The position numbers were made by a program, and so were the translations under genes. Below, piece by piece: positions 29,101-39,400 of a DNA stretch of 64,000 nt. The notes beneath the pieces are model-generated. The model made no database searches. It was not told where the DNA came from and saw only the letters and a list, made by a program, of their open reading frames with translations. How positions within the stretch are numbered: position 1 is the stretch's first letter; each line of letters starts with the position of its first letter. Origin of the DNA: Minisyncoccota bacterium. Its GTDB lineage: Bacteria; Patescibacteriota; Minisyncoccia; JAHIHE01; JAGLIN01. The DNA is taken from NCBI GenBank assembly GCA_041661265.1, contig JBAZUT010000001.1:129854-193853 (forward strand). Direction: 5' to 3'.

Positions 29101-32100
29101 CACATATCCGTTTCCTTCCGGCGCCTTAAAGCTGTATGTTCCGTCCACTCCGCTTATTGTTTCATTAAAGGTTCCGTTTCCCATCAGTTTCACAAACACG
29201 TTAGACAGCTCTTCTCCGTTGTTATAACTTGAGCTTCCATTCGCGTCTTTGTACACCCGGCCTTGGATCGTATAGAAATTTCCGGTTCCGGTCAGGGAAG
29301 GCGAGAAATTAATATTTGAAGCGCTTGAAGTGGTGATGGTCACCGTTTGTTCTGCCAGCTGTCCGTATTGCGGCAGGAATGATCCCGCTCTCCAGGTGCC
29401 GGCGGAAACATACAATGTATAATTTCCGGAATTATCGGTCATGGCATTGGCATTTCCCGGACCATCGGTGCGATAAGCATACACTGAGGCACCCTGCACG
29501 ACGTTGGTTCCGTCGATTACCTTGCCGGAAATCGTATAATCCGGTTTAGCGAGCTTCAGAACGAAAGTCGTTAACGCCGTAGCGGGAGCGATTCCAACAG
29601 ACGCTCCATCGATGTAGAGATAATTGGTTGCATGTCCGCCTTTGGTCGTATCGCTGTTTACAACTACCGACACTTCTTTCGAAGAAGGCATGCCCGGCAC
29701 AAACGCGCCAACCACATAACTGCCATCAACTACGTTCAAAGTGAAATTACCGCTCGAATCGGCCTGAGCATGGGTTCCGAATCCGCCGGTTGGCGAATAG
29801 CCGTATACTTCGGCATTCGCGATGACTTTGTCGGATCCGTCTTTCACCACGCCTTTGATCGTCTTATCGGAAGAGGTTAAGGTAAACGCTATCGTTCCAT
29901 CATTCGCCGTTCCATTATTTTCCGTAACCGTCGCTCCGCTCACATTCACATTCACGGGCTGAGGAGGAAGATAATTCGGCGTTGGAGGCGGACCGGACAT
30001 CGGGCCTTTGGGCATTTGAGGGCCGGTTCCCACGAACCACTGTCCGTCGGAAAGATACAAAGTGGCGGATCCGGATCCTCCTCCGTTCAACGTTATTTGT
30101 TTGACCCTGAATCCGGTAGACGAACCGGCAAAAACATCCAATGGCGTATTGGCCGGACCCGTGATATTCACTGTAACCGCCGTTCCGCTTGAAGCGCTCG
30201 TGAGAGTAAAGTCATAGGTCGTAGGAGTTGATGTAACGCGCACCATTTCCGGCATAGATTTGCCAAGATAATCCGCTCCGTCCAAAGTAATGGTTTGATC
30301 GGTGAATAGCATGTAATCTCCGCTGGGCAAATTGGGGAAACTATAAGCTGCCGAACCGCCGCTGAAAGTAGCAGACGCGGCTTCCATGGGACCTGTCATT
30401 GGCGACATCAGGAAAACATTCATCGTGCCGGCGTTGGCGCTGCCCGCGGTGATCGTGCCCTGCAAAGTGTTGCTTCCGCCGGACTGAATAAAGAATGGCT
30501 GCGACGTTAATGATTCAATAACGGTTGAACCGTCGGCTGACTTAGTCTTGATGTCGACGGTGTAGCCCGAAGTGTCAAATCCTTTCGGCACGGTCGAGTT
30601 CTTTATGCTGGCTACATCGATTCTTAAGAAATCAAAGCCCGTGACATTTGTAGCCGCCGAAAGATAGATGGTTACCGTTCTGGCCGAAGTGTTAACCACT
30701 ACGCCGTCACCTGCAAGTCCTCCCTGGGCCGTTCCGGTGTCGTCGGCATTGAGAGTTCCCGAACAGGAAGCGCCTGTCGGAGCTCCGGCAGTTGCGCATT
30801 TGAATGTCGGTGCGCCTGTGCCGGGACCGTTCAGATCCGTTCTCATCGGACTGTTAACATCTTGCTTGGCATTCGTTACGTCAAAACCGCTCGGGAAAGT
30901 GAGAACGATCGATCCGCCCGCCGGAATTTGGCTGGAGATCGGAAGATCGACTCCGAAAATCGTGGTCTGCCCGGCCATCATGTTGAATGGCTTCACCATG
31001 ATCGGCGGCGCAAACCCGAATGTGCTTGAAGAGAAATTGGTCGGCACGAATCCTCCGCCATTATCAAACGCGCTTCCTCCCATGGCCATTGGCCCTAGAG
31101 CGCCTTTGGTGGTCATGCTGTTTTGGATCGTAGCGCGGGCGGAATTTCCGGTTCCTCCCATGGCCGTACCAGACAAATCTTTAGCGCCAGTGCCGAGGGC
31201 TACATATAATTCCTGCCCCGCTGCAACGCTAAGATTCAATCCTTCGATCATTACGGTGTTGGTAACAGAATCATACTTGAAGGTGGCGCTGGTCAGAGGC
31301 ACTGCGGTTCCCGCAATTGCCGGATCGAATACAGCCGTCCCGTATTTCACCGTGGCGTAATTAGACGGATTTATAACACTGGCCGCCCAATTAAGCGAAT
31401 CCGTGGCTTTTGCAGAATTCATGGGCTCGGAGAATGAAATTGCAGCGGCATAATCATCAGCGTTCATAAAAGTGACTGTCGGCACAGAGGAATCCGCCGC
31501 ACCGGTGGTGAAATTTCGCGCCACCGCAGTGGCTATGGCAAATCCGTTAATTCCGGTTACGCCCGTAGTAACATTTATCGTGTAAGTCGTATTCGGATTT
31601 AGCACTGATTTCGGTATGAAATAAGCTTGCCGGTCCAGCCCTCTGTAATCCATCGTGCCATTGATCGCCGTCGAGCCGATAGAAACATAAACCGTGGAAG
31701 TGGTGATGGTCGAAACATCCATATCCTTGCTGAAGCTCATGCTTATCGCCCCAATATTGACCGGCACGGCAGTGGCGCCATTGTCAGGATATGTTCCCAA
31801 TACCGTAGGTGCGATAATATCAGACGTGGTGCCGGTTTTGAAATCCGACATGAACATTGGGAAGGATGCCTGATCGGGAGGAGCGATGGTCATGCCATTC
31901 GCAGCCTTTGCCCCGCCCAGGACCTTCAAACGATAAGATGTGCTGGCGGCAAAAGTTCCGGAGTTATAGCCCGCCGCCAAAGTGACCGTGGAAACCATCT
32001 TGGCGTTATCAAGAGAGACGGTGCTAATCGCGCTTGAAGAAACATCCGTTTCCGTGGTGCCGCTTACAGTATATAATTTCACATTGTTCTTTAAGAGATA

Positions 32101-35100
32101 TCCTCCCCCGTCATCCGCCATCGGATCAGAGAAATTGATGACGATTTTCATGTTAAGCGGCACGTCAAACGAACCGGGAGCGGGCATTACTCCGTTCACA
32201 TGCGGAGGCACAAACGCGCCTGATCCGAAAGTTCCACCGCCTTGCAGAACTCCTCCGGAAAATGTCGCAGTCGAACCTGTCGTAAAGAAAAATACATAGC
32301 TTCCATCGGACTGATTGCCCTGGATCGCGTTGCCTGCCGTATCTGTCACATTGGGAGTGATCTTTACCGCAATATTCTTATTGTCGCCAAAAGTGTTTCC
32401 GCCCGTAAATGACCAGACGGCCAGATTTGAATCCGGAGGCAACGGCGCGGATGGCGGAGTAGTATAATATGCCCAAGCGCCTTTGGTGCTCGTGATATTG
32501 GTCAACTCACCGGTGGACATATTGACTTCATTGACCGTCATATTTCCGGCGGCCGTAATGGAAGTCTGACTCATTTCTTTGTTAAATGCTGCAAAAATCT
32601 TGAAATTAGTATCTCCGCCAGGAATTCCAGTTGATCCATCCATTGGTCCGTTCCATTTTATGCGCGGATTGGTGAGATCGCCTCCAAAGCCTCCTCCCCC
32701 GCCCTGTCCGAGCTGAAAGTTAATGCCGGAAGCGCCCGCGGGAATTCCATTCATCATACGATCAGCAAAACCTTCTTTAAAAGCAACCAGATCATAGGTG
32801 CCGGCAAATAATTTACCAGCGCCAATGGTGAAATTGCCGTCAGCGCCTGTTGCCGCCGAGAGGAATCCGGTGCCTTCGGCAAAAATATAAGCGCCTGCAA
32901 GATTGTTCGGCGTAGGAGTGGCTGAATCTTTTATGTTTCCCATGATATTGGTGCTGTTTCCTGCAGTAACAGAGGTCAATTGGAACGGATTACCGCTCAT
33001 ATCTTTCATCTGCTGGGTATTTGTTTCGTCAGTAGCTTCGAGGTAATACCTCACTATAGTATTTGCCGCTCCAACTGTTGCGGATGGAATCACATGTCTA
33101 TAAAATCCTCCTCCCAAGTGTGAGCCATTATGATTGGAATCGCTCACGTATGTCGGAGTACATCCGGATCCGGCGCAGTAATAAAGCTTGCTGGATAGAG
33201 CCGGCGTTGAAGAAGCGTTGGCAAAATTATCCATTACGCGGACAATGACATCAAGATTGGTGCTGGCCGCCGCCTGGAAAATAGGGCGGTGCATGATGTT
33301 TGGCGGCATCGTATCGGAAGCGGCTGTGACGGTCGTAAAACCGCTGGTGCCGGTTGTTTCCAATGCAGTTAAACTCCCCACGTTCGCAGAAGTTATAGTA
33401 GACATTAGTTCCGCATAGGTCTTTACGCGCCAATAATAAGCAGTATTCGGATTAAGAGGAGCTGGTTGTGTCAAGATCAGGTATTGTCCCGCCCCATAGT
33501 TTACGTTGCAGCTTGAAGCATTGCAATGACTCGCGGTTTTGGGAAAAGTGTAATCCCAAACCGTGGTACCAGTAAAATCAGAAGCGGTATTTACAGTCAG
33601 TCTATAACTATTAAATGTGGCATTGTTTGAAGGGCCGAAATTGAAGTTTGGCGGAATAGGAATATTAGTGGCATTGTTCGACGGAACAAACAAGCTCAGA
33701 CCGCTTCCAGAACTTGAATATACACCGAAGCCATTCGGCATTGTCACGACTTCGCCGCCTGTCGTGACTCTGACATCGCGACTTCCATCTGTGGCATCAG
33801 CCGTGATTGTGACTGGGAAACTTAAATTAGTAGCACCAGTGGAGCTGACCGTACCAGCTGTCGCATTTGTGTCGTTAGTACTAGTACCGCTAAGCAAGAA
33901 TTGCACTGTGCTTGAAGCTGTAAAATGAGTATTTGAACCGGTTATCGTAACAGTAAAAGGAGAAGAGCCTTTTGCTCCGCCTCCTGGAGTCACCATGTTA
34001 ATCCCGGGAATTCCTCCGCCGCCGGAAGGCGCGACGTTGATCTGGAACATTTTCTCTCCATCTACCGCGCTATCCGTAACCTTGATTCTTATTGTGTAGC
34101 TTCCCGGCGCATTGGCAACGGTACCCGTTATTTTGCCGCCATCAGCTCCGCTTGCCACGAGCGTCAAACTAAGACTTGCCAAAACGTCGATGGCGTATTG
34201 ATCAGCCGCAGCCCATGTGTATGTGCCTGTGGCACCGCCAGTCGCCTCCAAAGCTACCAAAGGAGTAGTGGTATTATAAACCGTTCCAACTGTAGTTGAA
34301 GGAATATTGGTAGTGGTAATCGTAGGCGCATTGGTTAAATTGACGGCTAAAGTGCCTACCACATTTCCACCCATATCGACAATGGCATTATTTGCCGCGG
34401 CGATCGTACTTATACCATTTCCGCCATCCGCAAAATCGCCAGAATCCAAATTTCCATTTAAAGTAACGGTCGCAAATTCCATTCCGGGATTATGAGTAAC
34501 GCTTGAAATCGTGTGTCCGCCTGTTGTTCCATTGTCGATAAAAGTAAACGAAGCCGCAACCAAACTTCCACCGCCTGATTTTTGCACCGACTTACTGAAC
34601 CTTACATTCACAGCAGCAGAGCCTGAAGCTCCGGTGGCTTTTACGATCGTCGCAGGAGCGGTGTCCGCCTTCAAATCATTGGTAGTGAAAGTGGAAGCGC
34701 CATTATTTCCGTCAGAAGTAACCACGCCAGTAGTCGCCGGAATAGCGGCAATAATACGATCATCATCGGCAATAGTGCCTGATGTTTTAATTACCACATA
34801 GAAAAATGTTTCGGTCCCATTAGCTAACGCCACCGGAGTAGCCGGCGTTAAAGTGATGCTGCTGGAAGACCAGGCCGGAGATCCTCCCAAAGTTACAACC
34901 GCATCTCCCGCACCAAACATGCCGGTATTTCCGCCTCCGGCATCATCGTATAAAGCAACGCCTGAAGTATTATTAGTGGCAATCGCCGCCAAGTCAGAAG
35001 TGCCAAACCCCGTACCGCTGAAATTCACAGTAACTGAAGTTAAAGTTTGACCGGCTTGCGACGCGGTTACGCCGACTCTTAACATAGCAGTCGCTACTGA

Positions 35101-35295
35101 ACTTGCCGGTATCGGAGAACCGGGCATCTGGGTTGGCATTCCCTGGGTTGAAAAAGTAAAAGTCGAAGCCGCCCTCGCCGCCGGCACGAGAACCAAGAAC
35201 TGCAAACCCAATGACCACACCAATGTGGCCACGAGGAGAAAAGACGCAAAAAATTTCTTCGCGCCCTTTTTTATTTCTTTCCTTGTTTTTTTCAT
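26200..35295 (-). CDS. giant secreted surface protein (3031 aa): signal peptide, many Ig-like / carboxypeptidase-regulatory-like beta-sandwich repeats, FN3 domain, duplicated GYKWSDVKVVS module, two C-terminal SH3b domains
   Basis: Signal peptide FFASFLLVATLVWSLGLQFLVLVPAARAAS. Recurrent SGNYTLYVSAGTW / DSSGNFTLNVVDGSY (CarboxypepD_reg-like). FN3 at LSATAASSSSINLSWTVTSGATSYDIYRSA...YYYKITALNSSGES. Two SH3b domains at GWILGSYTSV and GWVSKDY. AAGGAGA RBS. Confidence 0.85.
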   Translation of the reverse strand: MKKTRKEIKKGAKKFFASFLLVATLVWSLGLQFLVLVPAARAASTFTFSTQGMPTQMPGSPIPASSVATAMLRVGVTASQAGQTLTSVTVNFSGTGFGTSDLAAIATNNTSGVALYDDAGGGNTGMFGAGDAVVTLGGSPAWSSSSITLTPATPVALANGTETFFYVVIKTSGTIADDDRIIAAIPATTGVVTSDGNNGASTFTTNDLKADTAPATIVKATGASGSAAVNVRFSKSVQKSGGGSLVAASFTFIDNGTTGGHTISSVTHNPGMEFATVTLNGNLDSGDFADGGNGISTIAAANNAIVDMGGNVVGTLAVNLTNAPTITTTNIPSTTVGTVYNTTTPLVALEATGGATGTYTWAAADQYAIDVLASLSLTLVASGADGGKITGTVANAPGSYTIRIKVTDSAVDGEKMFQINVAPSGGGGIPGINMVTPGGGAKGSSPFTVTITGSNTHFTASSTVQFLLSGTSTNDTNATAGTVSSTGATNLSFPVTITADATDGSRDVRVTTGGEVVTMPNGFGVYSSSGSGLSLFVPSNNATNIPIPPNFNFGPSNNATFNSYRLTVNTASDFTGTTVWDYTFPKTASHCNASSCNVNYGAGQYLILTQPAPLNPNTAYYWRVKTYAELMSTITSANVGSLTALETTGTSGFTTVTAASDTMPPNIMHRPIFQAAASTNLDVIVRVMDNFANASSTPALSSKLYYCAGSGCTPTYVSDSNHNGSHLGGGFYRHVIPSATVGAANTIVRYYLEATDETNTQQMKDMSGNPFQLTSVTAGNSTNIMGNIKDSATPTPNNLAGAYIFAEGTGFLSAATGADGNFTIGAGKLFAGTYDLVAFKEGFADRMMNGIPAGASGINFQLGQGGGGGFGGDLTNPRIKWNGPMDGSTGIPGGDTNFKIFAAFNKEMSQTSITAAGNMTVNEVNMSTGELTNITSTKGAWAYYTTPPSAPLPPDSNLAVWSFTGGNTFGDNKNIAVKITPNVTDTAGNAIQGNQSDGSYVFFFTTGSTATFSGGVLQGGGTFGSGAFVPPHVNGVMPAPGSFDVPLNMKIVINFSDPMADDGGGYLLKNNVKLYTVSGTTETDVSSSAISTVSLDNAKMVSTVTLAAGYNSGTFAASTSYRLKVLGGAKAANGMTIAPPDQASFPMFMSDFKTGTTSDIIAPTVLGTYPDNGATAVPVNIGAISMSFSKDMDVSTITTSTVYVSIGSTAINGTMDYRGLDRQAYFIPKSVLNPNTTYTINVTTGVTGINGFAIATAVARNFTTGAADSSVPTVTFMNADDYAAAISFSEPMNSAKATDSLNWAASVINPSNYATVKYGTAVFDPAIAGTAVPLTSATFKYDSVTNTVMIEGLNLSVAAGQELYVALGTGAKDLSGTAMGGTGNSARATIQNSMTTKGALGPMAMGGSAFDNGGGFVPTNFSSSTFGFAPPIMVKPFNMMAGQTTIFGVDLPISSQIPAGGSIVLTFPSGFDVTNAKQDVNSPMRTDLNGPGTGAPTFKCATAGAPTGASCSGTLNADDTGTAQGGLAGDGVVVNTSARTVTIYLSAATNVTGFDFLRIDVASIKNSTVPKGFDTSGYTVDIKTKSADGSTVIESLTSQPFFIQSGGSNTLQGTITAGSANAGTMNVFLMSPMTGPMEAASATFSGGSAAYSFPNLPSGDYMLFTDQTITLDGADYLGKSMPEMVRVTSTPTTYDFTLTSASSGTAVTVNITGPANTPLDVFAGSSTGFRVKQITLNGGGSGSATLYLSDGQWFVGTGPQMPKGPMSGPPPTPNYLPPQPVNVNVSGATVTENNGTANDGTIAFTLTSSDKTIKGVVKDGSDKVIANAEVYGYSPTGGFGTHAQADSSGNFTLNVVDGSYVVGAFVPGMPSSKEVSVVVNSDTTKGGHATNYLYIDGASVGIAPATALTTFVLKLAKPDYTISGKVIDGTNVVQGASVYAYRTDGPGNANAMTDNSGNYTLYVSAGTWRAGSFLPQYGQLAEQTVTITTSSASNINFSPSLTGTGNFYTIQGRVYKDANGSSSYNNGEELSNVFVKLMGNGTFNETISGVDGTYSFKAPEGNGYVIKAFAPNIGELLPLASFNVAGNISNKDITVGATRTITFTFSSSVSEAFIEVFNNTGVGNKMRITNKTTATMSLPDGSYTVRVDVPGMPKSALTIAATDGNTTYNSSSELLTVNSDEGLTVTLPTLRTVSGTVTDGTNNLQNAWVEIGDPTTGVHFGTSTNASGAFSLQVVNSSSDYFVQAMKPGYVSDLANITVNTGVTDGNLASGTYTLAATSLTIQGQIKIGATGAANAFVRAEKQGGGFAGTQADTSGNYTLYVTAGSWKVYGVAEGYAEAAYTSNPIAITTASVTGKDITLTTQVTLSAPKSKPITPASGGTLEDTTAGVKITVPANALGSSTSAGNIQSKETNNVRQTSSSKPVKKYDSATGTYINAAKEIKASDSDGNPITNLNDSVTVEMTYSKAEMAATPSGSDASINTKAEADMLKMSYWDETNSNWVTLPSTITYKDASGTVMDSSTAGLTPSDTLSNVSTVLISAPTSHFSLYAPTSSTTGAPSTPSGLSATAASSSSINLSWTVTSGATSYDIYRSASSGGTFARIGSEPTVSSGSTTSYTDTGLSASTPYYYKITALNSSGESLPSSEVTATTSAAAAPAGGGGVSAPAITAVTGASISVAGGAASTAGAAVTLTLTATNATHMAISNTSNFDGVSWETFATSKGWTLTSGNGTKTVYAKFKDSAGVQSSVISDSITLGEAATPITETPTTETPAVSTPTTEPEGTLFKYSDSPKVYVVKNGNQVWIQTLEEFNAGGYKWSDVKVVSATVVKTVGSVTLLRAEGDNKVYVIHNNTRKHVKSAAEFNAAGYKWSDVKVVSVAELGTYAEGTPVEESTRVATITATTLRIRSVNSTTGKVLGFVKKNENYSVLEENNGWYKITTPSGKTGWILGSYTSVAGASATVEPAPSATGTLIITTKWLRVRSVNSTLGKTLAFTKEGETYDILGESGNWFKIKTAKGIEGWVSKDYAKKQ

Positions 35296-35788
35296 TTTTG
35301 TATTCTCCTTACAAATTAAAAAACAGCCCCTGAAAACCTCGAAGGACTGTTCGCTTGCTGATTAAATTATATGAAAAAGTTGTTGAATTCCGGTCTTTTG
35401 AAAACAAAAAATACGAGAGAACAAAAAACCTCGCATTAACATCCGATGCATTATTTATTTTTTTTATATTTTTTCTTTTAGACCCCCCTTGAAACATTTT
35501 TTGTTTTGCTTAAATAAAAAAGTATTACGGGAATTTGCCTCATAAATAACTTTCTGCTTTTCAAGCTATTCTTATTATATAAACATTTGCCATACGTGTC
35601 AAATGGATCGTAAACTGGAAATTGGATATTAGATATTGGAAATTATAATACCTCTTGCAGGAACAGACTTGCCTGCCGGAAGAAATAATCCTAAAGCTCG
35701 GCCTTAGGAAAATGCAATGTTAAATATCAGATATAAAATCTTTACATTTTCCCCTATCTATATTATATTACTTTTCAGAGGTGGAGAT

Positions 35789-35938
35789 ATGGAAACTAAC
35801 GATACGCCCTTCGACAAACCGGAAAAAATAACCGATGTATCTCAGATAAAAAATCCGCAAACATATTTTGAAACGGTATACAGCGTCTTTATGTGTCCGG
35901 GCAAAAGTTGCGCCAAAATAAAAAAATCTCAACTCTAA
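35789..35938 (+). CDS. small conserved peptide (49 aa), paralogue A
   Basis: RBS gaggtggaga then ATG. METNDTPFDKPEKITDVSQIKNPQTYFETVYSVFMCPGKSCAKIKKSQL. Terminator 35970-35999. Confidence 0.5.
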   Translation: METNDTPFDKPEKITDVSQIKNPQTYFETVYSVFMCPGKSCAKIKKSQL

Positions 35939-35969
35939 AGATGGCAAATCCAGGTTCAAACAATATATA

Positions 35970-35999
35970 AAAGCTCAAACAACGAGCTTTATTTTTTTG
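35970..35999 (+). terminator. rho-independent terminator
   Basis: aaagctcaaacaacgagcttt followed by atttttttg. Confidence 0.65.
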
Positions 36000-36165
36000 C
36001 TGGTTCAATATCTCTGACTTGAATCAATTATTCCTATGCTTTATAAGTCAGAAACTCATGGTTCAAGTTATAAACTCGTTCCCGTCGGAGAAATAAATTG
36101 CTAAGACTTAAACGCCTTTGGAATTGATGCCCTGTATCATAATATCTCTTTCCAAGGGTGGAGAT

Positions 36166-36318
36166 ATGGAAGCTGGTAATAAGCCCCAAGATACACGAAT
36201 AAAAATAGAGGTTCTATCCGAAATAAAAAATCCAAGAACGTATTTTGAAACCGTCAGAAAACTGATGATGTGTCCGGGATCAAGCTTCGCTTCCATAAAA
36301 AAATCTAAAATTTGCTAA
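36166..36318 (+). CDS. small conserved peptide (50 aa), paralogue B
   Basis: RBS aagggtggaga then ATG. MEAGNKPQDTRIKIEVLSEIKNPRTYFETVRKLMMCPGSSFASIKKSKIC shares the core IKNP.TYFETV...MCPG.S.A.IKKS with paralogue A. Confidence 0.5.
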   Translation: MEAGNKPQDTRIKIEVLSEIKNPRTYFETVRKLMMCPGSSFASIKKSKIC

Positions 36319-36372
36319 CAAGCTCAAAATGGGCTTATTTTTTTATATTATTATATCCTTTTATACCGATTT

Positions 36373-36407
36373 AAAAACCCGGCCATTTCCATGGCCGGAT
36401 CTTTTTA
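36373..36407. terminator. bidirectional terminator (serves peptide B on + and rpoC on -)
   Basis: aaaaacccggccatttccatggccggatcttttt has a perfect 8-bp stem ccggccat/atggccgg. Confidence 0.7.
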
Positions 36408-36419
36408 TCCTGAAAGATA

Positions 36420-39400
36420 TTATTCGCCTTGCGCGATCCTTCCTTTATATCCTGTCCCGGATGGGATCAGTCTTCCAATGATCACGTTTTCCTTGAGTCC
36501 CCTCAGCTTGTCTTCTTTTCCGGTTATCGCAGCGTTTATGAGAACGCGCGCTGTTTCCTGGAACGATGCCGAAGACAGGAAGCTCTCGGTGGTCAGCGAC
36601 GCTTTCGTGATCCCGAGCAGGATCTGATCATGAGTCGCTTTCTTTTTGATCTTATCGGTAATAGCTTTGTTCTTCTTGTTATCCGCTAAAACTCTGTCAT
36701 TCGCATCAAGAAGCTGGGCTTTCTCTACAACGTCTCCGATCAGAAGGTTCGTATCTCCCGGATCCTTGATGCGGACCCTTGATAGCATCTGGCGTATGAT
36801 TATCTCGATGTGCTTATCATCGATCCCCTCTCCCTGCGCCGTATATACCTGCTGAACTTCCTTGATGATATATTTTTTCACAGCTTCGATGCCCTTGAGA
36901 AGGAACAGCTCCTGAAGATCCACATGTCCCTCAACCAACTGCTGTCCAATGGTCACAAGATCTCCCTTGTTGACCAGAAGCGCAGTGTCTTTAGTGACTG
37001 TGTAGCTCCTTATATCATCGACTTTCTCCTTTGCCGACAGCGCTTCGACTCCCGGATTGAATTTTATCTTTATGGTTTTCTTTTCAAGACCTTCTTCGAT
37101 CTCATCAACTTTGCCATCAACTTCCGCGATGACTGCCTTGCCTTTCGGAAGCCTTGCTTCGAATATTTCCTCAACCCTCGGAAGTCCCTGAGTGATATCT
37201 TTTCCGGCAACACCTCCGCTGTGGAATGTCCTCATGGTAAGCTGGGTTCCGGGTTCTCCGATCGCCTGCGCGGTAACGATGCCGACGGCCTGTCCGATCT
37301 CCACCATCTTATTCCTTCCAAGATCGAATCCATAGCACATCTGACAAAGCCCTCTTCTTGTCTTGCAATCCACAACGCTTCGGACAAACACGCTCTTCAC
37401 TCCAAGCTTCTCGATCAGCTTTGCATCATCCTTGCTGATCTGCCCGCCCGCTTTGACTATGGCTTTCCCTGATTTGGGATTCTTTATATCCGCAAACGCC
37501 GTCCTTCCTGCGATCCTCATGGAAAGCCTCCTTCCAATATCTTCATGTTCTTCGGCAATGATCTCCATTGACGTCGGGTCTCCGCAATCATGTTCATGGA
37601 CGATAACATCCTGCGCAACATCGACAAGCCTTCTCGTAAGATATCCTGCGGTCGAGGTCCTGAGAGCCGTGTCGGCCATTCCTTTTCTTGTGCCGTGGGT
37701 GGAAATGAAATATTCCAGCACGTTGAATCCTTCCTTGTAACTGCTCTTTATCGGAAGTTCGATCGTCTCTCCGGACGGGTTCACAACGAGCCCCTTCATG
37801 CCGGTCATCTGGGTTATAACAGCCCAGTTGCTTCGTGCGCCGGAATTGATCATGTACGCGACAGGACTGGCTTCTCCGATAGTTCCGGGCGTCATTTTCG
37901 ATATCGTATTCTTTACGGCGGTCCAGACTTCGATCGCTTTTATCCTTCTTTCATTATTCGTGAGAAGTCCTTCTTCATATTGATTCCTGATCTCTTCGAT
38001 CTTGCCGTCAGCTTCCTTGAAAATGGCTTTCTTTTCTCCCGGAATCTTCAGGTCATCCATTCCCCAGCTGATTCCCGACCTTGTCGCATAATAGAATCCA
38101 AGTTCTTTTATCTTATCGACGAGCAACACGGTTTTTTCCGCGCCTAACAGTTCGAGAGAATCGGCAACAACCGCCTTCAGGGATGAGGAATCCATGACCT
38201 TATTGATGAACCTCAGTTCATCCGGCAAAGAGTTGTTGAATATTATCCTTCCGACGGAAGTTTCAATATATTTTCCGCTCTTTTCTTCCGCAGTCAGATA
38301 TTTCGAAGGATAGTCCTTTATCACCGAAGTCTTCAGTTTTACCTTTGAAACCAGATCGATCATACCAAGCTCATAAGACATTATGGCTTCGTCAAAATTA
38401 TTGAAAGCCTTGCCCTCTCCCTTTTTGCCGTCGATCATCTTGGTTATATAGTAGCATCCGAGAACTATGTCCTGGCTCGGCGTCACGATCGGATCTCCGG
38501 TCGCAGGCTTTAGAAGATTCCTTGCCGAAAGCATGATCTCCCTGGACTCTTTCTGCGCTTCTTCGGTGAGAGGAAGATGGACAGCCATCTGGTCTCCATC
38601 GAAGTCGGCATTGAACGCCTTGCAGACCATCGGATGGATCTGGATCGCTTTTCCCTCGATCAGCACCGGATAGAATGCCTGGATACCGAGCCTGTGCAAA
38701 GTCGGAGCGCGGTTCAAAAGTACCGCTTTATTCTGGATCACTTCTTCGAGGATATCCCACACTTCGTTTATACCCTGTTCTATCAATTTATTTGCGCTCC
38801 TCACATTATATGCAAAACCTCTTTCAATAAGTTCTTTCATTACGAACGGCTTGAAAAGTTCAAGGGCCATTTTCTTCGGAAGTCCGCACTGGTCCAGCCT
38901 CAAAGTCGGACCGATGACGATAACGGAACGCGCAGAATAGTCAACGCGTTTTCCAAGAAGGTTCTGTCTGAATCTTCCCTGTTTTCCTTTCAACATGTCC
39001 GCAAGAGACCTCAGCTGCCTCTTTTTGCCGGTTGCGGCCATAGTTGCCTGGCCTTTTCTCGCGCTGTTATCTATAAGAGCGTCAACAGCTTCCTGAAGCA
39101 TCCTTTTTTCGTTCCTGGAAATGACTTCGGGAGCCCCGAGCTCGATCAATTTCTTCAGACGATTATTTCTGTTTATCACTCTTCTATATAGGTCATTGAG
39201 ATCGGATGTCGCAAATCTTCCTCCGTCAAGCTGAACCATCGGGCGAAGGTCGGGAGGTATCACGGGAAGGACATCAAGACACATCCATTGCGGCTTGATC
39301 CCCGCTTTTATGAATCCCTGCACGACTCTCAATCTCTTCATGGTCTTTTTCCTCTGAGCTGAGGCATTTGGGATCTCATCGAGGTCTTTCTCAAGTTTTC

